Origin: Planctomycetaceae bacterium
GTDB lineage: Bacteria; Planctomycetota; Planctomycetia; Pirellulales; Pirellulaceae
Direction: 5' to 3'
DNA length: 64,000 bases
NCBI GenBank assembly: GCA_020638995.1
Contig: JACKHM010000002.1
Span: forward strand, 902,902-966,901
Under the pieces are notes generated by a model that worked only from the letters and a program-made list of their open reading frames with translations, was not told the DNA's origin and made no database searches. This document shows positions 50,179 through 60,177 of this stretch, piece after piece (the first letter of the stretch is position 1; each line of letters starts with the position of its first letter). The translations under genes were made by a program, and so were the position numbers.

Positions 50179-50805
50179 ATGATGGCAGTTCATTGTGCAA
50201 ATTGTGGTGAGGAACTCATGGGATCCGTCAACCGATGTTGGCGGTGTGGCAAAACTTTTGTCGCGCAACGCTCGGAGTCGGGGCTACCGCCGATTCGCAG
50301 ATTGCCGCCCAAAGAACTGGGGGCAGGAGTATTGATCGCCGAACTCGCAGACGATCCGACGACAACATCGGACACAGAGTTGTCTCCAGCCACATCCGCT
50401 GTCATCACTCGTACCAGTTCGGTCCGACGCGGATCACCGTTTGGTGATCGTGGTACGGCAGTTATCGAAAACATCGGATCGGAATGCGCGCACGAACCAG
50501 CCTGTGATCGAGATTCAAAGCATCGTCAAACTAGTGGTGGTGCCGCCTGCGCGCTGCTGAGTCTTCCCATCGGAGTCATCAGCTTTGTAACGGCGTTCTT
50601 ACTCCCAATCGCAGGAATTCTATTGGCGGTATTCGGGATCGGTGTCAGCATCTGCGGCCTCAATAGCCGCCGACGCCGCTCGGCCATTGCTGGTCTACTG
50701 TTCTGTTGTCTCAGTCTTGCAACCTCAATGGTCACCGAATCGATCGACCTCTACATCGATCAAAATGGCATTGCCCCCTGGAAATCCAATCAGAATCTTC
50801 CGTAG
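50179..50805 (+). CDS. Zinc-ribbon plus TM-helix hypothetical membrane protein
   Basis: The N-terminal CANCGEE...RCWRCGK forms a CxxC...CxxC ribbon. Three hydrophobic helices sit in the C-terminal half. Confidence 0.6.
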   Translation: MMAVHCANCGEELMGSVNRCWRCGKTFVAQRSESGLPPIRRLPPKELGAGVLIAELADDPTTTSDTELSPATSAVITRTSSVRRGSPFGDRGTAVIENIGSECAHEPACDRDSKHRQTSGGAACALLSLPIGVISFVTAFLLPIAGILLAVFGIGVSICGLNSRRRRSAIAGLLFCCLSLATSMVTESIDLYIDQNGIAPWKSNQNLP

Positions 50806-51029
50806 CCGGATTCGCTCGCTAAAGCGCAGCATTCTCGCCAACAAAGGCCATCAACCAGGATCTATTTTACGCCTTTTACCCAAATAGCATCTTTCCATCT
50901 GCTCGCATTCTGTTTATATTCTCCATAATCCGCAGACATAATATATTCCGTCCCTCGTCGTGCGACGAGAGCAGCCACGTTGGACTGCCGGCCACCGAGG
51001 GCGGGGCAAAATGAACAAGGAGTGAACAC

Positions 51030-52052
51030 ATGAAGATTTCGTTCGTTCCGGCGCAAGCTGGCCTCGCTTCGATTTTGACAGCGATGCTGGTTTTCGCTGT
51101 GGCAGATAGTGCCGAAGCTGGCTGTGGATGTGCCGCCTGCGTCAGCAGCTGTCAGACTTACCAAACCATTGAGAAGACGATCTATGTACCTCAAATGGTT
51201 CCCGAAACCCGCATCGTCAACGAGACGATTTGCGAACCCGAAGTTCGCGAGCGGGTTGTGACCGTATGTCGCCAAGTTCCGGAGACGCGTCAAGTAACTC
51301 AGAATTACACGGTCATGGTGCCACAACAGCGTAAAGGAACGCAGAGCTACGTTGTCTGCAAGCCAGTCTACAGTGACGTCGAACAGTCTTACACAGTTTC
51401 CATTCCGCAAACCGAGACGCGTACGGGAGTCCGAAATGTGTGCCGCCCGGTACAAGTGCAAGAGACACGCACTGTGACGCGCAACGTATGTGCTTGGGAA
51501 GATGTTCCCTGCGATGGCAGTTGTGGAGGCCATAGCACCATCGTACAGAAGGGAGACTTCGGCGTTATCCAAAAGGGCGTCGTACAAAAAGGTGGTGAGA
51601 CCATCGTCCAAAAGAGTTCAGGTTGCGGTGGCACCCATCGGGTAATGCGAAATCAGTGCATCACGGAAGAAGTTCCCGTGACCGTCTGGAAGAACGAAAT
51701 GCACCAAGAAGAGTACAGCTACAATGTCACGACCTATCGTCCTGAGACACGCACTCGGACTGTTCGCGTTTGCAACTATGTAAACGAGACGCAAACACGC
51801 GAGGTAACTTACACCGTCTGCGTTCCTGAACAGCGAACGCAAACAGTCAATGTTACGAGCTACAAAACCATCTCTGAGCAGCAGACTCAACAGTATACGG
51901 TCATGGTTCCTCGGACTGTACAGCGTGAAGTTACCGTCAATGTGTGCCACATGGTTCCGCAGCAGGTGACTTGCACCGTTCCCGTACTCGCTCCGGCATA
52001 TGGCTGCGGCGGGCACTACTACGGCTGCCATGGCCGTCGTTGCTGCTACTAG
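51030..52052 (+). CDS. Secreted Cys-rich ETR/YTV repeat protein (planctomycete-type low-complexity family)
   Basis: AAGGAG lies 8 nt upstream of the ATG, and a signal peptide ends in SAEA. The terminal clusters are GCGCAACVSSC and GCGGHYYGCHGRRCCY. Recurring motifs are PETRxV, Y(T/N)VxVPxQ and VCxPV. The central repeats read IVQKG/VIQKG/VVQKG/IVQKS. Confidence 0.8.
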   Translation: MKISFVPAQAGLASILTAMLVFAVADSAEAGCGCAACVSSCQTYQTIEKTIYVPQMVPETRIVNETICEPEVRERVVTVCRQVPETRQVTQNYTVMVPQQRKGTQSYVVCKPVYSDVEQSYTVSIPQTETRTGVRNVCRPVQVQETRTVTRNVCAWEDVPCDGSCGGHSTIVQKGDFGVIQKGVVQKGGETIVQKSSGCGGTHRVMRNQCITEEVPVTVWKNEMHQEEYSYNVTTYRPETRTRTVRVCNYVNETQTREVTYTVCVPEQRTQTVNVTSYKTISEQQTQQYTVMVPRTVQREVTVNVCHMVPQQVTCTVPVLAPAYGCGGHYYGCHGRRCCY

Positions 52053-52070
52053 ACTTCCGGAACAATTCGA

Positions 52071-52106
52071 AAGCCAAGCTACGAGCACGTAGCTTGGCTT
52101 TTTTTA
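52071..52106 (+). terminator. Rho-independent terminator (potentially bidirectional)
   Basis: A 13-bp perfect stem (aagccaagctacg / cgtagcttggctt) has a 4-nt loop (agca) and is followed by ttttt. It abuts the stop codon of the convergent DUF167 gene. Confidence 0.85.
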
Positions 52107-52430
52107 TTTGCTGGCGTCTTCGGCTCGATTCAATGCCAGCAGCGCTGTGTCGATTTTCCTGCGCAATTGTTCGATGTTCGAGTCGTGAACCAGGAATCTC
52201 TTATGGTGAGAGGTTTCACCTGAGAGCAGTTCGACCCGTGACTTCTTCAGCCCCAGTTGCTTGCTTAAGAAAGCGATCACGGCCTTGTTTGCCTTGCCTT
52301 TTTCGGCGACCTGCGTCACTGCAACTTTCAAAGCACCGTCCTGCTCGCCTCGCAGTTCCGACTTGCGGCTACCTGGCTGAGCCCTAACGGGCAAAACGAC
52401 GCCAGACTCATGCACTTCTAATGCGATCAC
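52104..52430 (-). CDS. DUF167 (YggU-family) protein
   Basis: LPVRAQPGSRKSELRGEQDGALKVAVTQVAEKGKANKAVIAFLSKQLGLKKSRVELLSGETSHHKRF matches the YggU pattern. The GTG start overlaps the yggS stop codon (GTGA). Confidence 0.85.
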   Translation of the reverse strand: MIALEVHESGVVLPVRAQPGSRKSELRGEQDGALKVAVTQVAEKGKANKAVIAFLSKQLGLKKSRVELLSGETSHHKRFLVHDSNIEQLRRKIDTALLALNRAEDASK

Positions 52431-53134
52431 ACATCGAGCCCTTCGAAGAGTGCTGAGCCAACTCGTACCATCGTCGCCCCTTCTTCGATCGCGACTTCAA
52501 AATCGTTGCTCATGCCCATCGAAAGTTCATTTAACTCGATCTTTTCTGGCGCCATGTCGAGTAGTTGATCGCGCAACAGTCGAAGACGCTCGAAATCGCG
52601 ACGGGCATCGTCGAGCGTGCCAGTCAGACTCGCCATTCCCATGAGGCCGTAGACATGCACCCGGCGGTATCCTGGTAACGATCGCACAACCTCCGGCATC
52701 TCGCTGGGCTGGAACCCGTGCTTCGAGGTGTCGCCGGAAATGTTCACTTCGATAAGAGCACGAACTTCCGTGTCAGTTTCGCCCGCCACGCTTTCTAGTT
52801 CGTCAAGCAATCTTCGGCTATCACAAGCATGCAACAGCGAGATGTGAGGAACAGTACGTCGAACTTTGTTTCGTTGCAAATGGCCGATAAAGTGCCATCG
52901 AGGAGCGGCATCTGCCAGAGCATCGGCCTTTCGCCAAAGCTCCTGGGGACGGCTTTCGCCCAGATCCCGGCATCCGGCGTCGAGCAGGGCTCGAGCAACC
53001 TCGGCGTCAACATACTTTGTTACGGCCACCAAAGTCACTTCCGCAAGTTCGCGACCGGAACGCTGAGCAGCATCGGCTATCTGCTGCCGGACTTTCGCTA
53101 GGTTATCGGCAATACGCAAGTGCAACGCAGCCAT
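52427..53134 (-). CDS. yggS: YggS-family pyridoxal-phosphate homeostasis protein
   Basis: Features are [10 protein letters not shown] (PLP Lys), [11 protein letters not shown], and [28 protein letters not shown]-like at the C-terminus. Confidence 0.9.
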   Translation of the reverse strand: [235 protein letters not shown]

Positions 53135-53160
53135 CGCTGGGACGCTCGGTTTAGAACAGG

Positions 53161-54891
53161 CTACTCGATTTCAATTAACTGCTTAAGTTCGCCACCGTCT
53201 GGGAACTGGGCCATAACGTATTCCGAACTGAAGTGTTGTCCGAGGACACTGCGGCTGGCCGTTGGCCCGAGCGAACGATAGATGAGCCATTGCCGTTTGC
53301 CGCATTGAATTCGATACCCGACCGCGACGTCCGCAGGCAGGATCTGAAGTTGCTGTGCAACTGTCAATCGTCTCCAGGTCAGTTGCTTCGAAAACCGCTT
53401 TGGTTTTAGATCGAGGAACAGCGGAGCCATCAGGCACTTCGCGTTCGCAGACTGTCGAAGCTGAAGCCCGCTCGCAGTTTGCTCGAGCGCTCCATCGACG
53501 CGATCGGCTCGCCACTCAGGGAGTTGCAGGGGCAAGACGGCAGCCACCGGTTTCCGGACATGCAGAATCCCTTCGCGAGTCTCGCCCGCTGCCAAGAAGG
53601 AGACGCCTTCTCTAAGTGGCAGCGTAAATCGATGGTCAATCTGTGCTACCGACTCGCCCATAATCGCATCGGCAATTACAAGAAAGCGTTCCTCCCGAGC
53701 GAGCGTGAACTGACGCTGAACCTTCCAGCCGTTTTCAAATCGGGATTCAATTTCGAGGTAGTCCAAGTCTTTGTCCGAGTACCAACAAACTTCCTCCCAA
53801 TCCTGTTGCAGTTCCAGGAGCTTGCCATCAATTCGAAGCTCGGGGTTGCATAGACCTGAAAAGACCGTTTCTTTACCGCAGTTCAGCTCCACTTGGACTT
53901 CGCGGTTCGCGTATGAAACCATTAACTGATCGCTGGACCGGTCCCATTCACGGCGCAGCACCGCCAACTCGGCCCACTCGGAATTCGTAGCGGGGGAGGG
54001 CAGGGAGTCTCGACGATCGCTTGTGGCTCTGCGGCCAGGAAGCATCGAGTCCGCGATTTCGTCGTCGTCTTTGTCCTCCACCAGCGTCAACGCAGCATCT
54101 ATCAGCGAGGGCGACGAGGGAAAATCGGCGGAAAACACTTGCGTGCCATCGTTCCGCAAAAGCCGTAAAGATTGCCGGATCAGCCACTCATACTGAGTTT
54201 TTGCGTCCTTCGTGAAACAGTTTCTCTTCATAGTTCGCCCCATGTACAGACAACGAGTCCAGCAGGCGAGTAGCGGTCGCGCGATGGACAGGTGCTTTGC
54301 GTGAGGCATCCCCTCGCCATCCAAGAACTCGGTCAGGCCGTGAGAAAGGGCATCTCGTGCGGGCTCAGCGAGCGTTTTGCAAGCCGCGAGCTCTGGCAAG
54401 AGGTAGGCCAGGGTCAGCGGTAATTCACCCGCCAAGAGTTGGTGTGGAAGTGGCGACGTTGACTCCGCCTTTGCGGCATCCGACGCTACTCCGACTAGTT
54501 GGTCGAGTAGTTGCGACCAGGGGGCAGCCGGGAGCAAATTCGCCAGTGATGGCAGTGCATTACACCAAGCAAGGGCTTCGAGAGCAAAGGAGGCTGATAT
54601 CTCGCGGACGCGGGCGGATTCCAACCATTGCTCAAGATCCGCGGCAATTTCGCTGGCATCACTGGGTTTCCGGAACGCTAGGCTCTGAAGTCGATTCAGC
54701 AGATCTTCCGTCACGGAACCTTGACACTCGCCCGGTAACGACCACAAAAGTGGCTTCGCTTGTTTAATGGCGATCAGCTTGGCAAGCGGGATAGGTTTCG
54801 ACCGCTTGGCGAGATATCTCGTCCAATCCTCCCAACGATCGGGGCTGACCTTTCCTTTGGTGGCTTTTTTGGGTTGCTCCACAGTCGCCAT
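53161..54891 (-). CDS. Conserved hypothetical protein (about 576 aa)
   Basis: This is a long clean ORF on the same strand, 26 nt upstream of yggS. ATG 54891 (MATVEQPKKATKGK) is preferred over 54999. I could assign no motif. Confidence 0.6.
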   Translation of the reverse strand: MATVEQPKKATKGKVSPDRWEDWTRYLAKRSKPIPLAKLIAIKQAKPLLWSLPGECQGSVTEDLLNRLQSLAFRKPSDASEIAADLEQWLESARVREISASFALEALAWCNALPSLANLLPAAPWSQLLDQLVGVASDAAKAESTSPLPHQLLAGELPLTLAYLLPELAACKTLAEPARDALSHGLTEFLDGEGMPHAKHLSIARPLLACWTRCLYMGRTMKRNCFTKDAKTQYEWLIRQSLRLLRNDGTQVFSADFPSSPSLIDAALTLVEDKDDDEIADSMLPGRRATSDRRDSLPSPATNSEWAELAVLRREWDRSSDQLMVSYANREVQVELNCGKETVFSGLCNPELRIDGKLLELQQDWEEVCWYSDKDLDYLEIESRFENGWKVQRQFTLAREERFLVIADAIMGESVAQIDHRFTLPLREGVSFLAAGETREGILHVRKPVAAVLPLQLPEWRADRVDGALEQTASGLQLRQSANAKCLMAPLFLDLKPKRFSKQLTWRRLTVAQQLQILPADVAVGYRIQCGKRQWLIYRSLGPTASRSVLGQHFSSEYVMAQFPDGGELKQLIEIE

Positions 54892-55098
54892 CGTCCAGAT
54901 GCCTCCATGTCGTATAATCAGAAGTCGTTCGCCTGCGACGAGCCAATTCGCTTCGTTTGTCGCCAGTTGTGAATCACGGCAAGTTACGTATCTTAGCAAT
55001 CAGGACACACCCTGCCTGCCCCTGAACTGGTAGTTTTGAGCGTCTCGAACGAACCAGAAATCGACCACAGAACACGAAAGTACCGAAGGAGCTGTACC

Positions 55099-55872
55099 TT
55101 GATTCAAACACGAACCGCGTTGTTGGCGATCGTTTTCATTGTGAGCTTCGGAGCGACGTGCAATTCCGATGATGTCAATCAGCCTGACGCCGCAAGCGAT
55201 GCCCCGCCAGAACGGTTAGTCAAGCTATCGAAGGATCATGACATTTGGGTCGACCCAAAACGAAAGCTCGTCGTCGTCGATGGGACCGTGGCGCTTCGCG
55301 ACGGTGCACTAGAGATGTTCGCTTGCCCGAAAGGCTCAAAAGAACACGAATCAATCGTCGCCGTTAACAGCACCGCGCAACTCGTTCACGCCGGGTTGCT
55401 GGCGGTTGGGGCAATCGCCGGCCATCCAGTTCAGTTCGATCCTAAGTACGTTCCCGCGACTGGAACTACCATCGAGATTCTCGTGTTGTGGCAAGATGAT
55501 ACGGGCAAGCATAAGGTCCGTGCACAAGAGTGGGTGAAAGATGCGAAGACCGGCGAGGTGATGAAGCAGGCCTGGGTGTTCGGTGGAAGTGGATTCTGGA
55601 CGGACGAGACGACTGGAGAAAAGTACTACCACGCCGACGGTGGCGATCTCATTTGTCTATCGAATTTCTCGAGCGCAACGCTCGATTTGCCGGTGGAAAG
55701 CAGTCAAGCCAACGACGCATTGCTGTTTTCGGCTTTTACAGAACGGATTCCTCCGCGGGGAACCAAGGTTCGATTGGTTTTGATTCCTCAATTGAAAGCA
55801 GCCACCAAAAGTGATGCGCCAGCAGACGCATCGTCGAAGAGTCCATCAAGCGTAAAACTCCTCGAAAACTAG
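55099..55872 (+). CDS. Secreted or lipid-anchored hypothetical protein
   Basis: AGGAG lies 7 nt before TTG 55099, giving MIQTRTALLAIVFIVSFGATC (signal/lipobox-like). The conserved-looking core is LVVVDGTVALRDGALEMFACPKGSKEHESIVAV. Confidence 0.6.
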   Translation: MIQTRTALLAIVFIVSFGATCNSDDVNQPDAASDAPPERLVKLSKDHDIWVDPKRKLVVVDGTVALRDGALEMFACPKGSKEHESIVAVNSTAQLVHAGLLAVGAIAGHPVQFDPKYVPATGTTIEILVLWQDDTGKHKVRAQEWVKDAKTGEVMKQAWVFGGSGFWTDETTGEKYYHADGGDLICLSNFSSATLDLPVESSQANDALLFSAFTERIPPRGTKVRLVLIPQLKAATKSDAPADASSKSPSSVKLLEN

Positions 55873-56388
55873 AAGGCCGATGTACAGCAGTAGTTGGCCT
55901 GCACCGAGCGCCGTGCCCACAATGCCCATCCACAGGCCCCACCAGGTAGCGCGACGACCTCCTTCTTGCATGGCTCCCGCTTTAATTGCCGCGTGGTCGT
56001 TCTGGCCCATGATCCAGGCGGGTACGGTCACTGCAAGTCCAATTAACTGTCCCGCCAGCCCATAAATCATTCCGTCCAGAAAATTGCCGACCGCCAGAAT
56101 GGCGATAACGGTGACGACAATTGCGATCAGCTGGATCGAGCAGCCCAAAAGCCCAAACCACCAAACTAGCGCGCCGCGATTCGGCAGAAAGGCCTCGTAG
56201 TCACCTGGTTGGAAGGGCTGGATCTTTGAAGCTTCGCTCGCGACATACGGATTTGATTGGGAGGCAACATCACTCGGTAACTCGAGCGGCGCCTCGCCCT
56301 GTTCGCCAAAACGATTTTCGCCGCCCTCGCCCTCGAACGGGTTTTCCCGATCAGCGTTTGGGTTTCGAGGAAACTTGAACTTCGCCAT
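55846..56388 (-). CDS. Small membrane protein (acidic N-terminal region plus three TM helices)
   Basis: ATG 56388 gives MAKFKFPRNPNAD. Three hydrophobic helices occupy the C-terminal half. Its 3' end overlaps the convergent gene by 27 nt. Confidence 0.6.
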   Translation of the reverse strand: MAKFKFPRNPNADRENPFEGEGGENRFGEQGEAPLELPSDVASQSNPYVASEASKIQPFQPGDYEAFLPNRGALVWWFGLLGCSIQLIAIVVTVIAILAVGNFLDGMIYGLAGQLIGLAVTVPAWIMGQNDHAAIKAGAMQEGGRRATWWGLWMGIVGTALGAGQLLLYIGLLVFEEFYA

Positions 56389-56480
56389 GGCAGTGCTTGC
56401 TCTAACCGCGTTCTTTGATTGGCGGAAACTGCATTTGACGCAACTTCCAGTTCCATGCATTGTGAAAGACTTGCCGATCA

Positions 56481-58424
56481 GTGACAACCGCGTCACAGGT
56501 GCGTCTCCAAGACGCCTCCTGCAGCGCACAATCGTCGAGCGAATCACGGAATTGCTTGCTCGGTAGGGGTAGATCGGCTACCGTGATAATCGAAGTCAAC
56601 TCGTTCCAGGAGCCACTCGTGCCAGCCGAACAATCATCGAACCGGAAGCCCGTTTCTAAACGCAAGCCTACAGCAAAGCAGGGCGACTCTAACAGCAAGC
56701 GACCGACCAAGACTCGAACCGTGGATAACTTAGAAGCCTTGCTTCACTTACTGGACGATGACAAAGCTCCAGCCCCAACCTCGAAACCAGACAAGTCCGT
56801 GACCAGCCGGACGAATAAGTCCCGCAGTGCAAGCCGGGTCGAAACAGCCAAGCCCGAGACTGGCTCGACTTTCATGCAGGAATTAGCTCGTGCTAGAGAC
56901 GAAGTTCATAAAGAACGCCGTTCACGGCTGGAGATTGAACAGAAGTTCGCCTCTCTCAACGACGAACTCCGTCACGTGAAAGAGCATGAAGCCTCTCGCG
57001 CAACAGAATTTGACGCCGAGCGCAAGCACGTGCGGCGTCAAATTGAGGCACTTGAAAGACGCTGCGAGAAGCTTCAAGCAACGCGTTTTAATCTGGAGTC
57101 ACAACTGGACTCTGAGCAGCAAGAACGTGAAACACTCCTCAGCGAAGTCGATAATTTGAATGCTCAACTTCGGGAGGCGATGTCGCAACGAGACGAGAAC
57201 TTGTCTGAGTTAAAATCCTTGCGTCTTGAAAACGAGAATCTGCAATCCGAGTTTGTTTCTTCGCGTTCTTCTTGGGAGGAAGCGGTCGCAGCTTTACGAA
57301 CTCAAGTCGAAATGCTCACCAACGAGCGTGAGCAACTCATGCACGATCGCGAAGTGCAATCCGAGCGTTATCGGGAAGTCATAGCGGAGCTAAAAACGCA
57401 AATGACCACTTATCAAACGCAGCTCCTATGTGAATCGGAGACACGAGAAGCGATCGAGCGTGACTTCGCGGAGTTTGCCACACAAGCTGAGGAAGTTAAA
57501 GCAAATCACCACGAGACAATCGGCGAACTGCAGCAAGATGCGATTGATTTACGTGCCGAACTGACAGCCGCCCGCTCGAGGCTCGAGATTGAATCTTCAG
57601 CACGTTCGCGGATCGAAGAAGTACTCAGTACGGCGGAGGACAACTACAGAGACCTCTCGGAGCGGAGCGAGCGGAGAGCGGAAGCCGCCGAGGAAGTCCG
57701 AAAGGAGCTAACGCAGAATATCCAAGCACTTGAAACTCGCCTTGTCGCCGCGGGCGACAGAATCGCGGAACTTTCCGAAGATCAGCAACAACTACAACAA
57801 CAATTAACCGACGAACGACATGCACGAACTAAAGCAATCGTACTTCGAGATGAAGCTTTGGCGACGAGTGAGCGGCTTGAACGGAGAGTGGCAGAGGTTA
57901 CGCAGAAACTAGCCAGCAAGCGCAGCGAACTTGATACGCGAAGAGACTCATCGGAGCCGATTCAGGATAAAATGGATCGCTTGGAAGCCGACGTCGCCCG
58001 ACTGCGAGTGCAACTCGCAGAGTCTTATGAGCAACTCGGAATCGCTCGATTACGGCTAGCAAACTCAGAACGTGATCGTGATCATGCGCAGCAACGCGAA
58101 AGTGACGCGTCCCGGCGCACCGCGGAGCTCGCCGAAGTCGTGCGAGAGTTGCAATCATCCGTACAACGCGAAGCCGCAGCGCGTCGAAAGGCGGAAGCGA
58201 TCCACAGGCGCGAGGCGGACAACGACGATGCACAAGCTGCCTTGTTTGCCGCAGAACAAAAGATCGATCGCCTCTCGCGTGAACTAGCCGCCAGCAGAAG
58301 TACCGAGGAGGCTTATCAGCAAAAGGCAATTCGAAAAGTGCAACAGGCCCAGCAAGAGACAAACGAGCTCCGCGAGCGATTATCGAAACTCGAGCGACGA
58401 GCGAATGAAGATTTAGGTTCCTGA
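56481..58424 (+). CDS. Long coiled-coil protein with a basic N-terminal region
   Basis: About 480 aa are Glu/Arg/Leu/Gln-rich heptad-like sequence with no nucleotide-binding motifs. The start is uncertain (GTG 56481 or GTG 56583). Confidence 0.6.
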   Translation: MTTASQVRLQDASCSAQSSSESRNCLLGRGRSATVIIEVNSFQEPLVPAEQSSNRKPVSKRKPTAKQGDSNSKRPTKTRTVDNLEALLHLLDDDKAPAPTSKPDKSVTSRTNKSRSASRVETAKPETGSTFMQELARARDEVHKERRSRLEIEQKFASLNDELRHVKEHEASRATEFDAERKHVRRQIEALERRCEKLQATRFNLESQLDSEQQERETLLSEVDNLNAQLREAMSQRDENLSELKSLRLENENLQSEFVSSRSSWEEAVAALRTQVEMLTNEREQLMHDREVQSERYREVIAELKTQMTTYQTQLLCESETREAIERDFAEFATQAEEVKANHHETIGELQQDAIDLRAELTAARSRLEIESSARSRIEEVLSTAEDNYRDLSERSERRAEAAEEVRKELTQNIQALETRLVAAGDRIAELSEDQQQLQQQLTDERHARTKAIVLRDEALATSERLERRVAEVTQKLASKRSELDTRRDSSEPIQDKMDRLEADVARLRVQLAESYEQLGIARLRLANSERDRDHAQQRESDASRRTAELAEVVRELQSSVQREAAARRKAEAIHRREADNDDAQAALFAAEQKIDRLSRELAASRSTEEAYQQKAIRKVQQAQQETNELRERLSKLERRANEDLGS

Positions 58425-58587
58425 ACGGCGTTTGTGGCCTTGATCGCCGTTACAAACCGCAAGTCACGCATACAAGTTGCTCTCCCGTCGGAACGGTAGA
58501 CGACGTCCGTACCTTCGCCTCAAGCTGTGCAACTGCTGGTTCCGAAGAGTCTCTAGATACTCTTTCTCACGGCCTCCGCGTGTCCGA

Positions 58588-59397
58588 ATGGCGAAGCAAA
58601 CGAAGAACAAGCCCGAGCGACGCCGCAGTGGCGACGCGAATTTGAATTCGAGTTTTTCTCGATATTGGAACGAGTCGGCTCGTCCGTTGGTAAGCCTCGC
58701 ATTCGTCGCTCCAATGATCCTTGCTTACGAAGGGGGATTGGTGGCCATGGGGCCACAAATGATGAGAAACGGCGCTGACGTGTGGCTGCGTCAATTGCTG
58801 GAGTGGCTGGGGTTCAGCCAGTACTTTTTGCTGCCCGTGCTGACATGCGCGTTGCTGCTCGGTTGGCACCATCTCAATCAAGAGCGTTGGTCGATACGCT
58901 GGGTTACGATGTATGGCATGTTGTTCGAATCCCTGCTCTTTGGTGGATTCTTGCTTTTTGCTGCTCAAGCACAACATGTGATGTTGGCAGCAATCGAAAC
59001 GAATAGTCCCCAACTCCTTTACGTTCATGCCGAAAAAGCAATAAGTCATTTCATCGCCTATTTGGGCGCGGGGATATACGAGGAGGTGTTGTTTCGGGTT
59101 ATGTTATTTCCCGCGACAGCCGCCTTGCTTCGCATCATCGGAACGCCTCATCGCACAAGCTGGATTGTTGCGATGTGTCTGTGCAGTGCTGCTTTCGCGG
59201 CGGCGCATTACCAACTTGACTTGAAGATCGGGAGCTATCACCTCATGACTTTGCATGGCGAACCTTTCGACTGGACAAGTTTTATGTTTCGCTTCGGTGC
59301 AGGTATCTTCTTCTCAACACTCTTGCTTGCCCGCGGCTTCGGGATTACCGCAGGGACCCATGCGTTTTACGACATTCTTGCGTCACTGCCCACGTAA
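58588..59397 (+). CDS. CPBP-family (CAAX-type) intramembrane metalloprotease
   Basis: ATG 58588. The protein is multi-TM with motif 1 EEVLFR, motif 2 FAAAHY (FxxxH), and motif 3 HAFYD. Confidence 0.8.
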   Translation: MAKQTKNKPERRRSGDANLNSSFSRYWNESARPLVSLAFVAPMILAYEGGLVAMGPQMMRNGADVWLRQLLEWLGFSQYFLLPVLTCALLLGWHHLNQERWSIRWVTMYGMLFESLLFGGFLLFAAQAQHVMLAAIETNSPQLLYVHAEKAISHFIAYLGAGIYEEVLFRVMLFPATAALLRIIGTPHRTSWIVAMCLCSAAFAAAHYQLDLKIGSYHLMTLHGEPFDWTSFMFRFGAGIFFSTLLLARGFGITAGTHAFYDILASLPT

Positions 59398-59476
59398 TCA
59401 AAGGGCGCACAAAACGCATTCGGACGAGTGTGTCAAGTCCCAAAACCGAGTTGTAGATCACCGAAAGAAAGTGCGT

Positions 59477-59505
59477 TTGTTGACGCTTCGAACTGAGTCT
59501 ATAAT
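59477..59505 (+). promoter_or_regulatory. Sigma-70-like promoter candidate upstream of the 59584 gene
   Basis: A perfect TATAAT sits at 59500-59505. TTGTTG at 59477-59482 gives a 17-nt spacer. An overlapping TTGACG at 59480-59485 gives only 14 nt. Planctomycete promoter rules are poorly known. Confidence 0.25.
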
Positions 59506-59583
59506 GGGCGTCATCACTGTTACTATTCCGTCGAATTAATAAGTCGATCGACTAACCATTCATCCGCGGCGAGGGTTACTTTC

Positions 59584-60123
59584 GTGTTATCTGTCAGACC
59601 AAAAGTCGCCGAGCTTGCGTTTCAATTGTATGGCCGCGCCCTGCACCCAGAGCTGTTCGAGGTATTTAAAGCAAGAGACATTCAGCGTGGTGATTACACA
59701 GCTCGGATCGAGATTACAAGCGCAGGACACATCGTGACATGGCGATTCGGTGGACTGACGCTGACAGAAGTTGCCTGCTCGGCGCAGCATCCGTTGCCCA
59801 AGAAGCGGCGGCTGATGTCCTACAAACTAAAAGGCGAACGAAGCGATCGAGTCGAGTGCCGCGGCGGGGTTAGCTACGAGGCAAGCTTTCAACTGGAACC
59901 CGTTAGCCCCGAAGTCTTCTGGACGTTCCAGCATGAGTTGGCGCAAGACGGCGAACGGAATGGGCTGTTTCACACCTTCGAGTCTAGCGGTCGCATGGCG
60001 CTAGGTGCGTTAAGTTACATTAATGTCGAGACTCGCAGTCGTAGCTTCCTAGTACAAGCATTCCATACATTTCCTGATGATTTTGCGATTGTGAAGAGCC
60101 AATCACGGTTTCACCTGCCGTAG
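59584..60123 (+). CDS. Conserved hypothetical cytoplasmic protein
   Basis: A clean 179-aa ORF with a GTG start and balanced composition. I could assign no motif. Confidence 0.55.
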   Translation: MLSVRPKVAELAFQLYGRALHPELFEVFKARDIQRGDYTARIEITSAGHIVTWRFGGLTLTEVACSAQHPLPKKRRLMSYKLKGERSDRVECRGGVSYEASFQLEPVSPEVFWTFQHELAQDGERNGLFHTFESSGRMALGALSYINVETRSRSFLVQAFHTFPDDFAIVKSQSRFHLP

Positions 60124-60177
60124 CCATCGCCTGTTCTGAGAGGAAGAAATACGTTAATCACATTGAGAGTTCAAATC

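Noticed and set aside
50862-51611. A 249-aa minus-strand ORF
   Set aside because: It is antisense to the Cys-rich ETR-repeat gene, which has a strong SD, a signal peptide and a terminator. The minus-strand ORF has none of these.
58426-58460. A hairpin (aacggcg / cgccgtt) after the coiled-coil gene
   Set aside because: It has a 7-bp stem with a 14-nt loop and no following T-run, which is too weak to annotate as a terminator.
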